A DNA stretch of 64,000 nt from Ramazzottius varieornatus (taxonomy: Eukaryota > Animalia > Tardigrada). The stretch lies in contig BDGG01000004.1 in the NCBI GenBank assembly GCA_001949185.1, positions 1,513,620 to 1,577,619 of the forward strand. Reading direction: 5' to 3'. The notes below the pieces were generated by a model. It made no database searches. It saw only the letters and a list, made by a program, of their open reading frames with translations, and was not told the DNA's origin. Positions 38,470 through 51,941 of this stretch are shown here, in pieces (position 1 is the first letter of the stretch; each line of letters begins with the position of its first letter). The translations under genes and the position numbers were made by a program.

Positions 38470-41400
38470 TTACATGCTAAAATGGGGAGCATCTTGTAAG
38501 GCACACTCCAGCAGAGCTTCCTCTAAGTGCTGGACCTTTTCATAACGGTCTTGGAAGCTGGCAATCATTCCATCAGTGGTGGCCGGATATGTTTTAAGGG
38601 TTACTTTACCGCCTTTGTCCATTATTACATTCGGCTGGACCAATCTGAAACCAGAAAGGTATACTTTTAACTGACTTTCACAGCACTTCAAAGATTTCTG
38701 CCAAATATGCACACTGCTACAGTAAAACGACAAATTGTTATACAGCACTTACAAGTTTCGAGGGACTTTTCGGGCAACTGCCACCTTGTGCCATGCGATC
38801 ATCTCTTCTGACTTTGGTGGCATGTTGCATACCGCTGAATATTCGGTCATCATCTCGAAAGCTTGTTCTCTATTCGCAGTCGACTTGTACAGCTGCGAGA
38901 AGGTTACACATAAAATCACGAACATGCGAAATGATATAGCTTCGTGAGTAGTAGGCTAGATGACTGATCCATACCTGTAGTCGACCGAGGAAGGTGCCGA
39001 TAGCCTAGAACAACACACGATTATTAACAGAGTTCAGGACCCCCGACCATTCGATCTGCAAGGCGGAACCTTTTTTCCTTCAGTGGGTATCTGGTTACGG
39101 TCGAGGCTGAGGAGCAGATCTGGCTTCCCATCTTGACCCGTGATCTGGCTAACTTTCACTATTCCCGCTTCCTCCATAACGCGTAGGATGGCGAAGCGTC
39201 CCTGAGCGTGTGCCTGGCCCCATTTCTGGAACAACAGTTCAACGATACACTTTCCGTCCACACTCCACAGCAACGTTTTAGAAAGTCCATCTTACTTCTT
39301 GCTCCATGATGTAATATGGCAACGACTTCAAACCGGACACAGCCATAGCGAGCCATACACAGTAGATGACATCTGCGTGGTCCTTCTCGGGAATGCTCCA
39401 GACATTCAGCACTTCCGGCAGAAGGCTAAGGTACACGGCAACCGTTTCCGCCCTGCATTCCTCGTAGGTGCTGGCCAAAGGGCCAAAGACGGAGTCATAC
39501 GATTCTCCCACTTCGTAGCTAAAAAGAAAGAGACACTTTATTTTGGGCACTGTACAGGTCAAAACATCAACATCAGGTTGAACGACACACACATAAGGTT
39601 CACCTACTAAGAGCAAACATCGCCGCTTTCGAAATCCTTGACGTTCTCATAGTCAAAGTTAAACCCTCCGTCCTTCTGCTTCTGGAACAGCTTCCCACTT
39701 CCGTGTCCGAGAAGTTCATGGATGGCTACTTGGACTTCCAAGACGACAGTTTCATGCTTGGTCATCAGATCGTGGTCTTCCTGAGAGATGAACTGGGGCG
39801 GTCTTGATCTCAGAGCAGCGGAAATGATATTACCCAGGCTAACATTCTTGAAGCCTTCGTTCTGTCGAATCGTATCGTAGTTTGGAATATTAATACCTAG
39901 AAAAAACAGCGTAAAAGAGTAAGCAACACCACAAGGACGAACGAAGAACTGGTCTAACCGATTGGTACACCGCTGGACGCAAAACTGATCACAGTCAGTT
40001 CGGAATAGTCAGGTCGCAGGTACTTGTCCTTCTCATACTCTTTGGGCCACGGGAGCTGCGAAATGATGGTTTCAGCCGTTTCCACCAGCTGGTTCAAGCG
40101 GGCACTTTTCGCCTTATCGACAACTGCCACGAAACCCTCGAACTCACCGCGTTGCCCACTTGGATCTCTGTAAAATTACGACCAAAGTCAGCGGGATGGA
40201 CCAGAGTCAGTTGAAACAAGATCGTCGTCGGCAGGTTGAATACCTGTAGGTCTCGATGAATCCAATGTAACCTTCAACAACCGGCTTCTTGTTATGCACC
40301 CAGTGCAGACTTCCTTTCTTATGCGCCTCCAGTGATCCAGTCTGGAAACTCTCGGCATAGCTCTCCAACATTTTCTACAGTAGAAAGACCGCACTGAATA
40401 CAAACTAAACAGCTCTAATTGAAACAATAAAATTTATCAATTTATCTGTGCGTACTTTCTCGGTGTCATTTGCAGAGACCTTGGCAGCTTCCTTCATGGA
40501 GGTGACCATTTCGGCCATGAATGGAGCATAATCCTGTAAAACTTCCGTATTACAGTCGCTCCACGAGTGCCGATAATCGTCGAAATTACAATTGTTCCTT
40601 ACCCCGTTTGTAAGAACGAAGGTATTTCCCTTGTGCTCGATGTGCTCGCCATTCATCTTGACTTTACCGGCTTCGACCGAGCCACTCTTGTCGGCGCTGG
40701 CATGTCGAATCTCATACTTGGTTTTGTCGCCATCGACTGTTTTGAACACACGCGAGTTGTAAGGCTCGATTTCGTACTCCACTAAAAACTGCTTTACGAC
40801 TTCCGCGTCCTTCACTTCGCAGTTACTTGAGAAGTAGGTCGTGACACCTGTTGCAGAAACGCATCTATTAGACGTTAGTCCAGATAAAAAAGCACTTGAG
40901 CAAGGCAGTTCTTACCTTCAGGTTTCAAACCAAGCTGTCGGAGCCGCGCGTTGTCCAAGTCGTACATGCGGTCACCGCATATCTCCCACACTTCCGTCAT
41001 TAACTTTTTATTCTTTTCGGCAGCTCCACTTGCAAGCACAAGCTGATGCAGCTTTTTCTTGTCCACTTGCGGTACTAGTTTCGTGTCGCCGAAGCCAACG
41101 TAGTTGCCCATATTGTGGTATACGCCCTACAGTACAAAAGAGGTCCAGGCTATCTACCAACAAAATTTCCATAAAATCGAAGAGCAAAGAAATCTGGCAT
41201 GTACCGAAGCGTAGAACTTGAGAGCTAGCCAATCAGCGTCCGAAAAGGATGCTTTATCCTTAGCCAGCTTTTCCAGCTCGTCCAGTTTGTTGTAACGGAA
41301 AAGGTTCTGCAGCAGAATGAATATCGCCGCACTCTCCGGAGATGTCTGCAGGACGGTGATGAGGCCTCCATGCCATGAAGCTTGCGACCAATGGTACACA

Positions 41401-41640
41401 TAGCTGCAAACAGCAGTAAATCATTCGGTTATACAGCACACGCAATTCAGCAAGACCGAAAATAAAGAGCGGTCCCACCAAGAACTATGTAGTTCAGTTA
41501 ATGAAAGCTATATGCATATGTACGTACGCTTTCTCCTTGTCGCTCAACAGATCGAACGCTTTGGAGCAGTCAAGAGCCGGCGTCTTCGTTGTCAGCGGCA
41601 CGTAAAACTGCTTCCTGGCTTCTTCGTCCATGGCCACCAT
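38470..41640 (-). CDS. DPP3: Dipeptidyl peptidase 3 (peptidase M49), multi-exon
   Basis: HELLGH zinc motif (~39700-39720), EECRAE motif, [26 protein letters not shown] and [10 protein letters not shown]. Confidence 0.95.
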
Positions 41641-42391
41641 TCTTCCGGGATACGGTGCCAAAACTCGAGTAACGCCGATATGTGTACTGCTTGTTCCCGT
41701 AGCGCCAGCGACTTGTGTTGCGTTCCGTATGCAAACTCGCTGCAAGCTACGAAGATTAGAATGAGACTAAAGAAAGCAAACAATGTCAGTTATCCACTTA
41801 AAGTTTACCGCAACTGTAATCAGAAAATTTGCCTCTCGTAAAATGTCACGACCGCACTTTTTGGCTACGATATCTGCATTAGCCCGTACTATCGGTCACA
41901 TAGACACCCCGCAAAGCTGCACGTATGCGAAGAGTGTGAAATACCCATTGATCAGACTCACGCAGATCCGCGATCACCCGTAAATAGCGTGCGATGTTCT
42001 TGATCTTGTGCGACCAAAAACGTTCAGCAGGAAGACTAGCAACCTTCAAAGTTCAAACACTTACCGCTGTTAGCTGCTGTAGACGAGCGACCAGCGCAAG
42101 GGAGCAGGGCCGAAAACTGGATTGCAGTCGATGCACGAACCACGAAACGGCTGACATGCGAGACCAGAACCTCGGATTACCTCACGGGTCGCGACGTACA
42201 CGAGATTTCAGAAGACAGATGTTCGACACGATATCCTGCTCCAGAAATATTGTGGCGATAGAACTTCCCGGACTGTGATATCCGACCAATCAACAATCAC
42301 TCAAACTCTGAACTCCCCAGGACACTCTGTGAAAGGAGTACGACATGAGTAACATGACATGGAATTCACAACAACTCGCATGCATGGCGTA

Positions 42392-42569
42392 CGAGGGCAC
42401 GGTTGTAAAGTTAGCCGCTGGTGCCGGAGTTGTAAAGTTAGCCACCGAACATTAGGAGTAGGCCAACAGAAGCCTAAGCTTTATAAGATGCAGCTAACTT
42501 AAGAACCTCGGCCTACGCGAGGTAATCCGTGGCAAACCGAGTTAACTTAACTCTGCAACTTTGCCCCCG
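42392..42569. mobile_element. Short degenerate MITE-like element with Tc1/mariner/pogo-type ends
   Basis: TA followed by CGAGGGCACGGTTGTAAAGTTAG pairs with TAACTCTGCAACTTTGCCCCCG. Subterminal motif GTTGTAAAGTTAGCC is duplicated. Confidence 0.55.
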
Positions 42570-42865
42570 TCTACACATACAGTGATGTCAGTGATGTCAG
42601 TGATGTGGTCGCCGGTCAATCAAATACCTCTTTTTTTATCGACCATCGAGAATGGAGTGCCCACTTTTCAGTTTTCACATTCTCCCTTGTCTTTGCGAAC
42701 AACCGTAAAACGGCACATACTCGTAGAGCCAACCGAAACGCTGTATCATTTATCCACGTGCCCGAATGTAACTTGAAAATCGTAAAAATATCCCTGGCGT
42801 TCGGAGAAGAGGAAGCGAGCATACAATTCAGATAAGAACATCCATCCAAAAAATGCGACTAACTA

Positions 42866-43363
42866 TTACATGCGCGATCGAATTCCATGGGCTAAATAGA
42901 CACCAATAGCGCCAAGGGTGATGACTATGAGCTCGGAGTTAATGCCGAAACCAGAATAGGGGTATCGCACGGAATGAGTCAAAGTTGAAAGAGGGTTAGC
43001 AGTGGCTCCTTTGCGCATTTGCTGATATCCTTCCTCGTCGAAGATGCGCAGCGAAAGGGAGGAAGAAGGCATCTTTGCGGTTTCTTCAGACACGCTCACT
43101 TGGAATTTCGACGAGTCTTCTTTGGACTGAGCCGCCGAGTACAGTTTTCCGTTATGTTCAGCGTAGAGAGCGAATCCATCAGGGACACCACCCTTACACT
43201 TCAGCTCCAGATCAGCAACAACGGTCGTATACTGCGAAGTGGCCGCATCAAAAGTAGACATTACTTTGCCTTTCACTTCAGCGCCGCTGCATGATGACTC
43301 TGCCGTGACCAGCTGGGACAATGCCAATGCCAATGCCAGGAGAAGAAACAACAGACGCATCAT
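42866..43363 (-). CDS. SSR4: Translocon-associated protein delta (single coding exon)
   Basis: Signal peptide, Cys pair, ALYAEHNGK, FQVS, RIFDEEGY and C-terminal transmembrane segment INSELIVITLGAIGVYLA. Confidence 0.9.
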   Translation of the reverse strand: MMRLLFLLLALALALSQLVTAESSCSGAEVKGKVMSTFDAATSQYTTVVADLELKCKGGVPDGFALYAEHNGKLYSAAQSKEDSSKFQVSVSEETAKMPSSSLSLRIFDEEGYQQMRKGATANPLSTLTHSVRYPYSGFGINSELIVITLGAIGVYLAHGIRSRM

Positions 43364-43881
43364 TTTCCAAAAACAACCTGCAAAACATTGGTCAGTTTTC
43401 CAACGTGAGTACAGTCATCATAACGCCGGGTTGCTGCCGCTCATCTGGACATCTCTTAACTTCACAGCTCTCAACGTACCTGCTGCAGCACCTTCTGAAT
43501 GTCGGAAATTTTGCCAAGGCAGCCAAACAGCACCTAACCTCACGGATTAAGATCGTACAAAAGTGCCGCGTTGGAACTCTGGAAAATTATAGTTTGATGA
43601 GCGATTAGTGATTAGTATGTCATACTGTAGGTCACGGGCAAGTCATACCCGAACCTTTCACCCGGTGGTCTTCGAGAGGCCAAAAGGTCAAAATCACGGG
43701 CTGCGAGTGCTCTCCGGGCAAGAACAAAGTGGCCCCGAGGTTGTGACAGTCCAAGTTTTCAGTCTCCGAATTGCGAATTTTCAATTTCCGAATGAAGGAA
43801 AAGATTCGTTTCTTCCTTCTCTTTACGAGACTGTGACAGTCTTCAGTTTCCGAACAGTTATCTCAGCGAATTCTTCCGGAT

Positions 43882-44480
<599 letters not shown>

Positions 44481-45209
44481 AATGCTAAATATCCTGCCTC
44501 CGTACCGCCAGCTAATAGCTTAAAAGATTTTGGGCTGACTTCAAGCCATTTACTATTCCGTACCTTTTTCAGCCTTCACAGCATCTTGTTTTACATTCAT
44601 TATACCTTTTATGATTGCTAGTAACGGATTTACGGACTCTTCGTTCGAGTTTCTGATGACTCAAGTACCGACCACATTTCTATAGCCGATGATCTTTGTA
44701 CCCCAACATGCCAGACTTTGACCAGGAAGTGATTGGTAAACTTTGCACAAATTTGCAGCCATTTTCTGATCTTATATTCCTACCCCATCCGTGAGCACGT
44801 AAAACTATCCCTGATACTATGGTGTGACGGCCTTGGACTAATTAAGGACAGACTATATTACATCGGTGCAGTGGAGTAAGTTTTCTAACTGTTAAGTGCA
44901 CGAACGAACAAGAAAGTCCAGAAAAACAGTCTGGGTTCGTGGACGAGCCAACTCTAGTCTACGTGGTTAACCAAAAAAAGTACTCAGGTCAGCAAGAAAC
45001 GGCAACGCGTTATCCTCTTGAGCGAAACATAGAAATAAAACCAAAACAAAAACAGAGATCTCGACCGGTATAAACCAAAATTCACAGTGAAAAAGAGATC
45101 CGAATTCAAAACATGAGAGTGTAAAATCAACGACTAAAAGGTGAAAGCGCCCTCTGACACCGGGATATACCAAAGCCACATGGGCTCCACCGAATGACAG
45201 GACTTCAAG

Positions 45210-48200
45210 TTATTCGCAAGCGAGCTTTCCGTCAAAGCTGCTTAGTGCAATCGAAAAAGCCTGAAACGCGCACATGGGATACGTGAAATCCATGGTGAAA
45301 GCATCCTCGGCTACTCTTCCAAACTGCATCACAATATATTCCACTGCAAAAGACAAAAGCGGTATTAGCATACCGAATGCCGTCGAATCCAAAGCGCTAA
45401 TGTACTGTCTCCTCAAATATGGAAAAGCGACGTGGATCTACCATCATTATCGGGCACGATCTGGAAATTCTTCACACTGGCCTGAGTGACACGGCCGTGA
45501 AAGTTGAGCACATAGGACTGAGTCTCTACAAAAACAAACAAAATTTAACATACACCTCATTAGGAATAAATATCACCACGAATACATCACACTAGGAATA
45601 GATCCACAGGCCGCAAACGTACCATCGTTCCAGACCGGTGTTTTGTTGTGCAGGCAAACGATGTTCTCCGTCTTGCGGCTCTTCCATCGAGCAACTATGC
45701 CGTCGTCCTCCTGAATAAAATCGATTGCTCGCTGATGGGTACTGTTTGTGAATCTTAATAGTCAAGATCTGCCGTGTCTTACGTTTGTGCTCCGAAACTC
45801 TGTGTATTCATTGTCATAGGTTAGACCGGGCAACAGCACAGTCATCTTGCGAGGACCTTTGAACCCAAGAACGTTGGTCTCCTGGAAGAAAAAATTACAA
45901 ATTCAAAACGGACCATGCCTCGTTCGGACACCTATGGTTTATTCGGTGAAGTAAAGTCGTTAACCAAAACAATGTCTGATCCACTTACGTAAACAATACC
46001 GGCGAGCTCCTTGCGGGATGCACCTTCCAAGTTTCCCATTATACTGCCTTTTTTGGGAGTGTCACCGCTGTCGAATACAGTAAAGTGGGTTCCCAGAAGG
46101 TTCGACCTAAAACCATAAAAAGTCACCCGGTAGCATCTACACGGCAAGATTACGCCAGTTAGTCGAGGAATCGTTGGTACCTTAGTTTGCCAACGAAAGA
46201 CTCGCCAGCTCGGGTTAGATTAGTCGGGTCTGTCGAAATGAGGTAGTTGGAAGTTGCGCTCTTCTTTCGCTTCCTTCCGGCCAGTAAAAATATAGGCTAC
46301 AACGCAAGCAGAAATTTTCAACCAACCTTAGATGAATTCCCAGGAGGTATCGTACCTTCTTCGTATCGTCCCGCTCAAGGTGAAGATAATACGTGGGGAA
46401 CAAGTTGCGATCCATGCCTTTCTTGTCTCTGGTTATGCGACACCGAACGATCACGCCCTGAGGAGCCGGTTTGACGGCAAACGCTTCCGGGTTCTCCGTT
46501 ATCTCGGTTGGATCAAACGGGAAAGCTGGATCCATAACGCTGTCAGTGTCCTGAAGTCCGGAGTTTAAATGACCACTAAGATGATCCTACAACGAAACCG
46601 ACATTTTCGTCAAGTCGCCAAACCCGTGAGTACAAAATCTTTTAGCAGCACGGGAGGGCACTAACAGTGCTAAACTGGCACCAGAGACCGAAACTTCTGT
46701 ACTAACCCCTTTGTCTGCGGTCGCCGTAATGTGCGAGAAGTGCCGGGAGGACGGAGTTAGCGACGAAGATGAGAGACTTTCCAGCGGGACGATGGGAACC
46801 GTTTCGCTGCTTTCGGCTTCAAAAGGATCCATTGAAGTGGGCGAGAAAGTCATTTCTGTTTTCGAGCGTCGAATATCTGGTAAAATCACGTAAATAACAT
46901 ACCTCAACCTTTTTCAAGCATTCATATAATGGCATAAAAGCAAATTCTTGGTTCCAACTAAGAAAGGTCCATAAAAGGGTGGCTTACCAATCTGGTCCAG
47001 TCCGGATGACAACAAATCTTGGGAAACGCTGGAAGTGATCTGCTTGGCCTCTGTTGGGATCACCCTGACGCTCGACGAGGAGAAGGACATTACGCCATCA
47101 GGTCCATTCAGAGCGTACTGCAGGGGTCCGTCGTACCCTACAAAGCACGGACAGCCAGTCAGCAGTCAGATATCTCGTGCCGAAACATGAGCACTCAGTA
47201 CATATGAAAAACTCCAACATGTATTTTTCATAAGTGCGGGAAGCGTGGACAGACTTTTGACATGCGGAAGTCGTATTGTTGTTACGATCGATTTACATTG
47301 CTACCGATGGCAGCATTCGTGACTGGCATTCTAAATCTCAGTTTGCCCACATTGCTGACATGATGGTCAAGTCCAGCTTTATAGTGACAAAGCGCTCTTG
47401 ACTTTTCAATTACCATAAAAGCAATGTTACTTCGGTAATTTACTTGACGAACCCCCGCGGATCTCCCTGGCCAACACTCTCTCAAACCTATTACTTTTCG
47501 GGATACGCTCCTCCCCAACTTGAATTAGATTAACGTTATATTACGCATGTGCCGAAGGCTGTCTCTCGTCAGAAGGAGAAACTGCATCGCTACACAATGC
47601 CTAGTGTGTGCCTGGGGGAAATGGCACACAGAACTATCCACCCTGACGAGCAAAGACCCAACAGGAAATTACTCCGTGATGGAGCCAACCCCAGTTTCAG
47701 CCTGAGTTTGTCAACTGCGCGCCACATTAAGCTTCACGTTTCGGGCTACGATGGCTTTCTCTCCCATGCATAAAATTTATTTGCAAACAAGGAAGAAAAC
47801 GGCTTAGAGACTTACCGTGTAGCGGCGCCACGAAAGTATTAGTCGTCGACGTGGACGATAATTCCGGCATGAGAGGCTTCTTTTCTTCGCGGTTCTTGGA
47901 TTTGGCAGTCGACGGACGGCTGTAGATGTATTGCGTGCTCTCATTGTTCTGTACTCCACCGGCACGCGCTTGCCGCTTCTTCTGCTGCTTCTGCTCCATC
48001 AGCTGACGCTACAAGCAGGAGAAAAAACATACCAAGTCAGATACGACACATTTAGAATCAAAGCTAAAACTATCTATTAAGAACCCAACAGAAGGGCGCG
48101 CAGAGCTATAATTATCACGTTAGTTTTAACTCTCGGTTAGAAAGACACGGTTCTCACGTCTCTCGTTCGAGGGATGCGTAGATGCGATACGCATCCTTCG

Positions 48201-49674
48201 AAAGAAGGTTTGAAGTTACAGTGGAGAAGTCGACCAGATATTTGCCTTTGATCACATTATCATACAGAGGCACCCCAGAGACCTACCCGCATCTGCTTGT
48301 GTAAAAGCAAGAAAAACAGCGGCATCTTGAAAGACCTTTCTGATAAACATTAGCAATTTGCTGTCACGTAAACAAGAATAAGAACAGTCATACGGTCTTC
48401 TTCGTGTTACGAAGAGACCTCCGAGGTCCATATACTGTAAAAAAGATTAGCTGGCCACATGATGCACATAATTTGGGAACCCAGTTTGGATTTCACGGCC
48501 CGCTACATCTTTTCAAGATTAACACATGGGACAAAACGAAACGCGGATCCATCTCCAGCACCCGGAGAGATGTCGAGGAGGAGAAAAACAGACATCGAGT
48601 TGGGAATGAAAAGGGCTAAAGTCTGGATCAAGTTTAGGCTCATCGAAGCAAAGCGTTCTTGGTGGAGCTCCCTGAACCATTGTGACAAGAGTGATACAGG
48701 CGCGTCGACCGCTATTGAACAATTGAATGTTGCTTCAGCTTAAGTCGATATATGCGGGACAAGCGAGCTGCATTAAGGCCTCGCATAGTGAAGAAACGTT
48801 GTTCAATGAACTGTAACCATCAAATTATCTGATCTCCATACTCCACTCCACTGATACATTGTCGGTTTCCGGTTGGCAAACGACACTGTATAACAACTGC
48901 TGATAAGGAGCCAACGGGCTCGATGATATTCGACAGAGACAGAAGCTCCCTCCCAAGCGGATTAAGCAAACGACAATCATGGGGATCGCCATGCTCATCA
49001 TTCATTCTACAGGAAACTTCGAACAGGGTTCGCTACAAATGCTGCTTGTTACGGCGAATTAGGATTTTGTTACAGTATCATTACATTTGTTTTTACAGCT
49101 CTCGGTGGTACATGCAACATAACGACTCCCTACTGAATTTTAATTGTTTTGCATTAGGAGCTCCTTCGAACCATGACGTGGATCGCTGATGCTTTTGTCA
49201 ACTCGAATGACTCTATAGAGCCCTGCTATCGTCACGAACGTATTACGCATTCTGGTTTCTGGAAACACCGGCCGGCTAACACCGCACCGGCAGTCTATGC
49301 TCAACAAGACCTGGCGGTAGCCAGTCCACCTTGTCTCAGGACATATCTCGGCTCTGCATGACCCACGACGAGACCGCTGCATCATCGAGATGGATGGAAT
49401 TTCGAGAGAATGCACCATCTCCAGAAACAAAGGTTCTCAAGGTCGTAACAAACGCATCGGTAAGGTCATAAGCCAACTTTCTTGTCTTAAGCAACCCATC
49501 TGTACAGAAAGCCGGAAGCTGAATACGCTGAGAGCGCCATCTTGTTTCATCAAGGTTCGTAATTATGCGTACCACTCAAAGCTGCTTGAACTCTGAAACA
49601 GCTGGACGAAAGGCTCTCCTTACCTGATGGTCGAGTCGATCCTGTCGTACAAATCCCTCAGAATCCATGTCCAT
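45210..49674 (-). CDS. TUB: Tubby-family protein (multi-exon; 5' end uncertain)
   Basis: N-terminal VRQDRLDHQ|[13 protein letters not shown], then tubby domain [45 protein letters not shown] and [24 protein letters not shown]. Confidence 0.9.
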
Positions 49675-51017
49675 CCAATCCGGTCGAAAGAATGGTGGGA
49701 GTTCCTCTTCACTAACCTGCAAGAACAAGCAGTTGTAGTAAAGATGAACGGAGTACCGACAAGTGACATCGGAGCCCCATAAGCGTGAACAGTAGTGACA
49801 TGTCAAGGTACGAAAGGTTCGCATTTCACTTCCGGGCTCTGAATCAAAACTCGCCTCATCCAACTCACGGTAGTTTGGACGTCGGTCGACATGTCAACCG
49901 GACAATTTGTATTTCGGTCTTCCACAAACAACAACGGGACCCAATCATTCAGAGACTTCCATTGTCTGGATCAAGAACCCGCTAACTGATTTTGACTATT
50001 TCAACAAAACTTGCTCCTGTCATCAAGACGCTGAGTTTTCAGTTGCGCCAAAATCGAAGTGTCCGTTCTTGCAGATGATCTTCTTTCTCCAGGTCAGTGA
50101 ATAAGAGAGCAGCCCCTTGGTCTCCTCCCTGATCTTTTCGTGCTGTAGTACCAAGAGCTACACAGACCCGTTTAGGTTGAATCGACAGGAAGCTACGTGT
50201 CTTTCTGGTGACCAATTTCGACACCACCTGTTCCTAGGGGACTTTGACTGATTCCTAAGCGAATGGGCTTCTGAGAAAAAATCCTGGAAGGTGCATATGG
50301 AATGAATGGTTTCCAGTACAGTGCGCTGTTAGAGAAAGAAGTGATTAATTGGCATTCCCAGTCGCCTGCGTGGGCTTCGGTTCTGACGCTGCGTACAGCG
50401 AGGTTCCCAGCGACGATTATTGATTGGGATTAGAGTTCGCAAAGCTGCCGCAGTAGCGCACCCAAGTCAACACAAACGAAAACTCGGCTCTGTCATCTGA
50501 TGTGAAGTCCTCAGATCACTGCCTGTGCACTTCGTAACCAGAGCTCTGTACACCCGCCATGTGGGAAGATTTGGAGCGAGCGGTCTTATTGACTATTGGT
50601 GAAGTGCCAACAAGACACTTTGATCAGCTAACAAGAGCGGAGAAGTGCCGAAGCGCGCCCAACCAGGCCAGCTGCTTCGGTCGCTAACACCTCCCAAAAA
50701 CGCAACATGGGTCTTCCACGGTGCGTCAAACCTCCTCAGTTTCGTCCTCAAATCCAACAAAAGAAAAAGATTCAGCTCACTCTTTAGGACCTGCTGAATC
50801 GACTACTTTTTCGTTCGCTGACACAGCAAAAGAATAAAAATACTGAAGAACATGCGCTACATAGAAGATCTGGACAGCTTACCTGGCTTGATGAAACGTG
50901 TCGTCCACCGTTTTCAAAATCCGGTGCTCAGCATAATTCGTGAGGACATCGGCGCGATCAGCTCAGAATCCGAGGCACCGTGGTATGCTCACGGAAGTCG
51001 GTCTGGTCGAGAAAGGC

Positions 51018-51491
51018 TCACAAAGAGGCTGGTTCTTCACCGCGGGCGATACGAGTATCCTCGGCGACTTCGCGGACTTCGTTTCTACAATTGATAATCA
51101 ACGTAACAAAAGCGCGTACGGCTATGTCATTGAGATGTTCACTTAGGAGAAAAGCCGTACAGTCGAGACACCTTAGAGGCTGAGATTTGCATCCGAAGCT
51201 GGAGCAAATACGTAGTATCGTGTCGCAGGATGTAAATAGCACAGCGTTCCAGGCAGTCAGTCCTCGATTTCCATCCATTCGAACGCACTTTTCACACTGG
51301 AGAGACACAGGTCTTGGTGCGTGCTCTAACGCACTGAAATAATCGATATCCCCCGTGCCTGTTCGCAAAACATAAGCTTTCTGGCATTTCAAGACAAAAA
51401 ATCGATGGGTCCAAGAGCACATACCGCAGAGAGAAGGCTGGATCTCCTTCCTGCCCGATTCCCCGTAATCTCCAGCTGTGTCGATAAGCAT
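51018..51491 (-). CDS. Hypothetical 157-aa Cys-rich protein (three CxxC pairs)
   Basis: ATG-initiated ORF with 11 Cys including CGMC, CEKC and CLDC; a plausible splice acceptor lies upstream (~51619). No family recognised. Confidence 0.35.
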   Translation of the reverse strand: MLIDTAGDYGESGRKEIQPSLCGMCSWTHRFFVLKCQKAYVLRTGTGDIDYFSALEHAPRPVSLQCEKCVRMDGNRGLTAWNAVLFTSCDTILRICSSFGCKSQPLRCLDCTAFLLSEHLNDIAVRAFVTLIINCRNEVREVAEDTRIARGEEPASL

Positions 51492-51941
51492 ACCTCGGCC
51501 TTGCGTAGGTCTGCAAATGTCCGACGAAATTACTCCTGTCGCGTGTACTAATCCAGAGTCCAGACTTCACAAATCTGAAATCTTCTCTCGTACTTCGGAA
51601 AAAGAAAACCGCCAATACTGTAAAAAGTTAATAATTTCATGATTTTCATCTTTCGATTTTCGAATTAGCTGTACAATCAAAACTCAAAGCACAGCCCGAA
51701 TATCGTGACACATCAAATCAATTGTATACATGTGGTATCAATCAACCCGTTTTGTGTGTCACCGCATGACGTCAGAGCTCCGCGATTACGTCAACCCAAG
51801 ATCTGGAAAAACCTGGCCACGAATTTCGTTGCAACGGCTTCTTAGAAAGAAAGAATTTGATCGTTGTGTGTGGTTGTTTTTAGCATCTCGTCATATCCCA
51901 GTTATCCTCGACGTTCCAAGACAAGCCTATTGCCTCCAACC

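Noticed and set aside
41641-41745. N-terminal targeting-like extension of DPP3 from the ORF track
   Set aside because: It begins at TTG just after a splice acceptor, and the putative upstream exon has an in-frame stop and no ATG, so it is probably 5' UTR.
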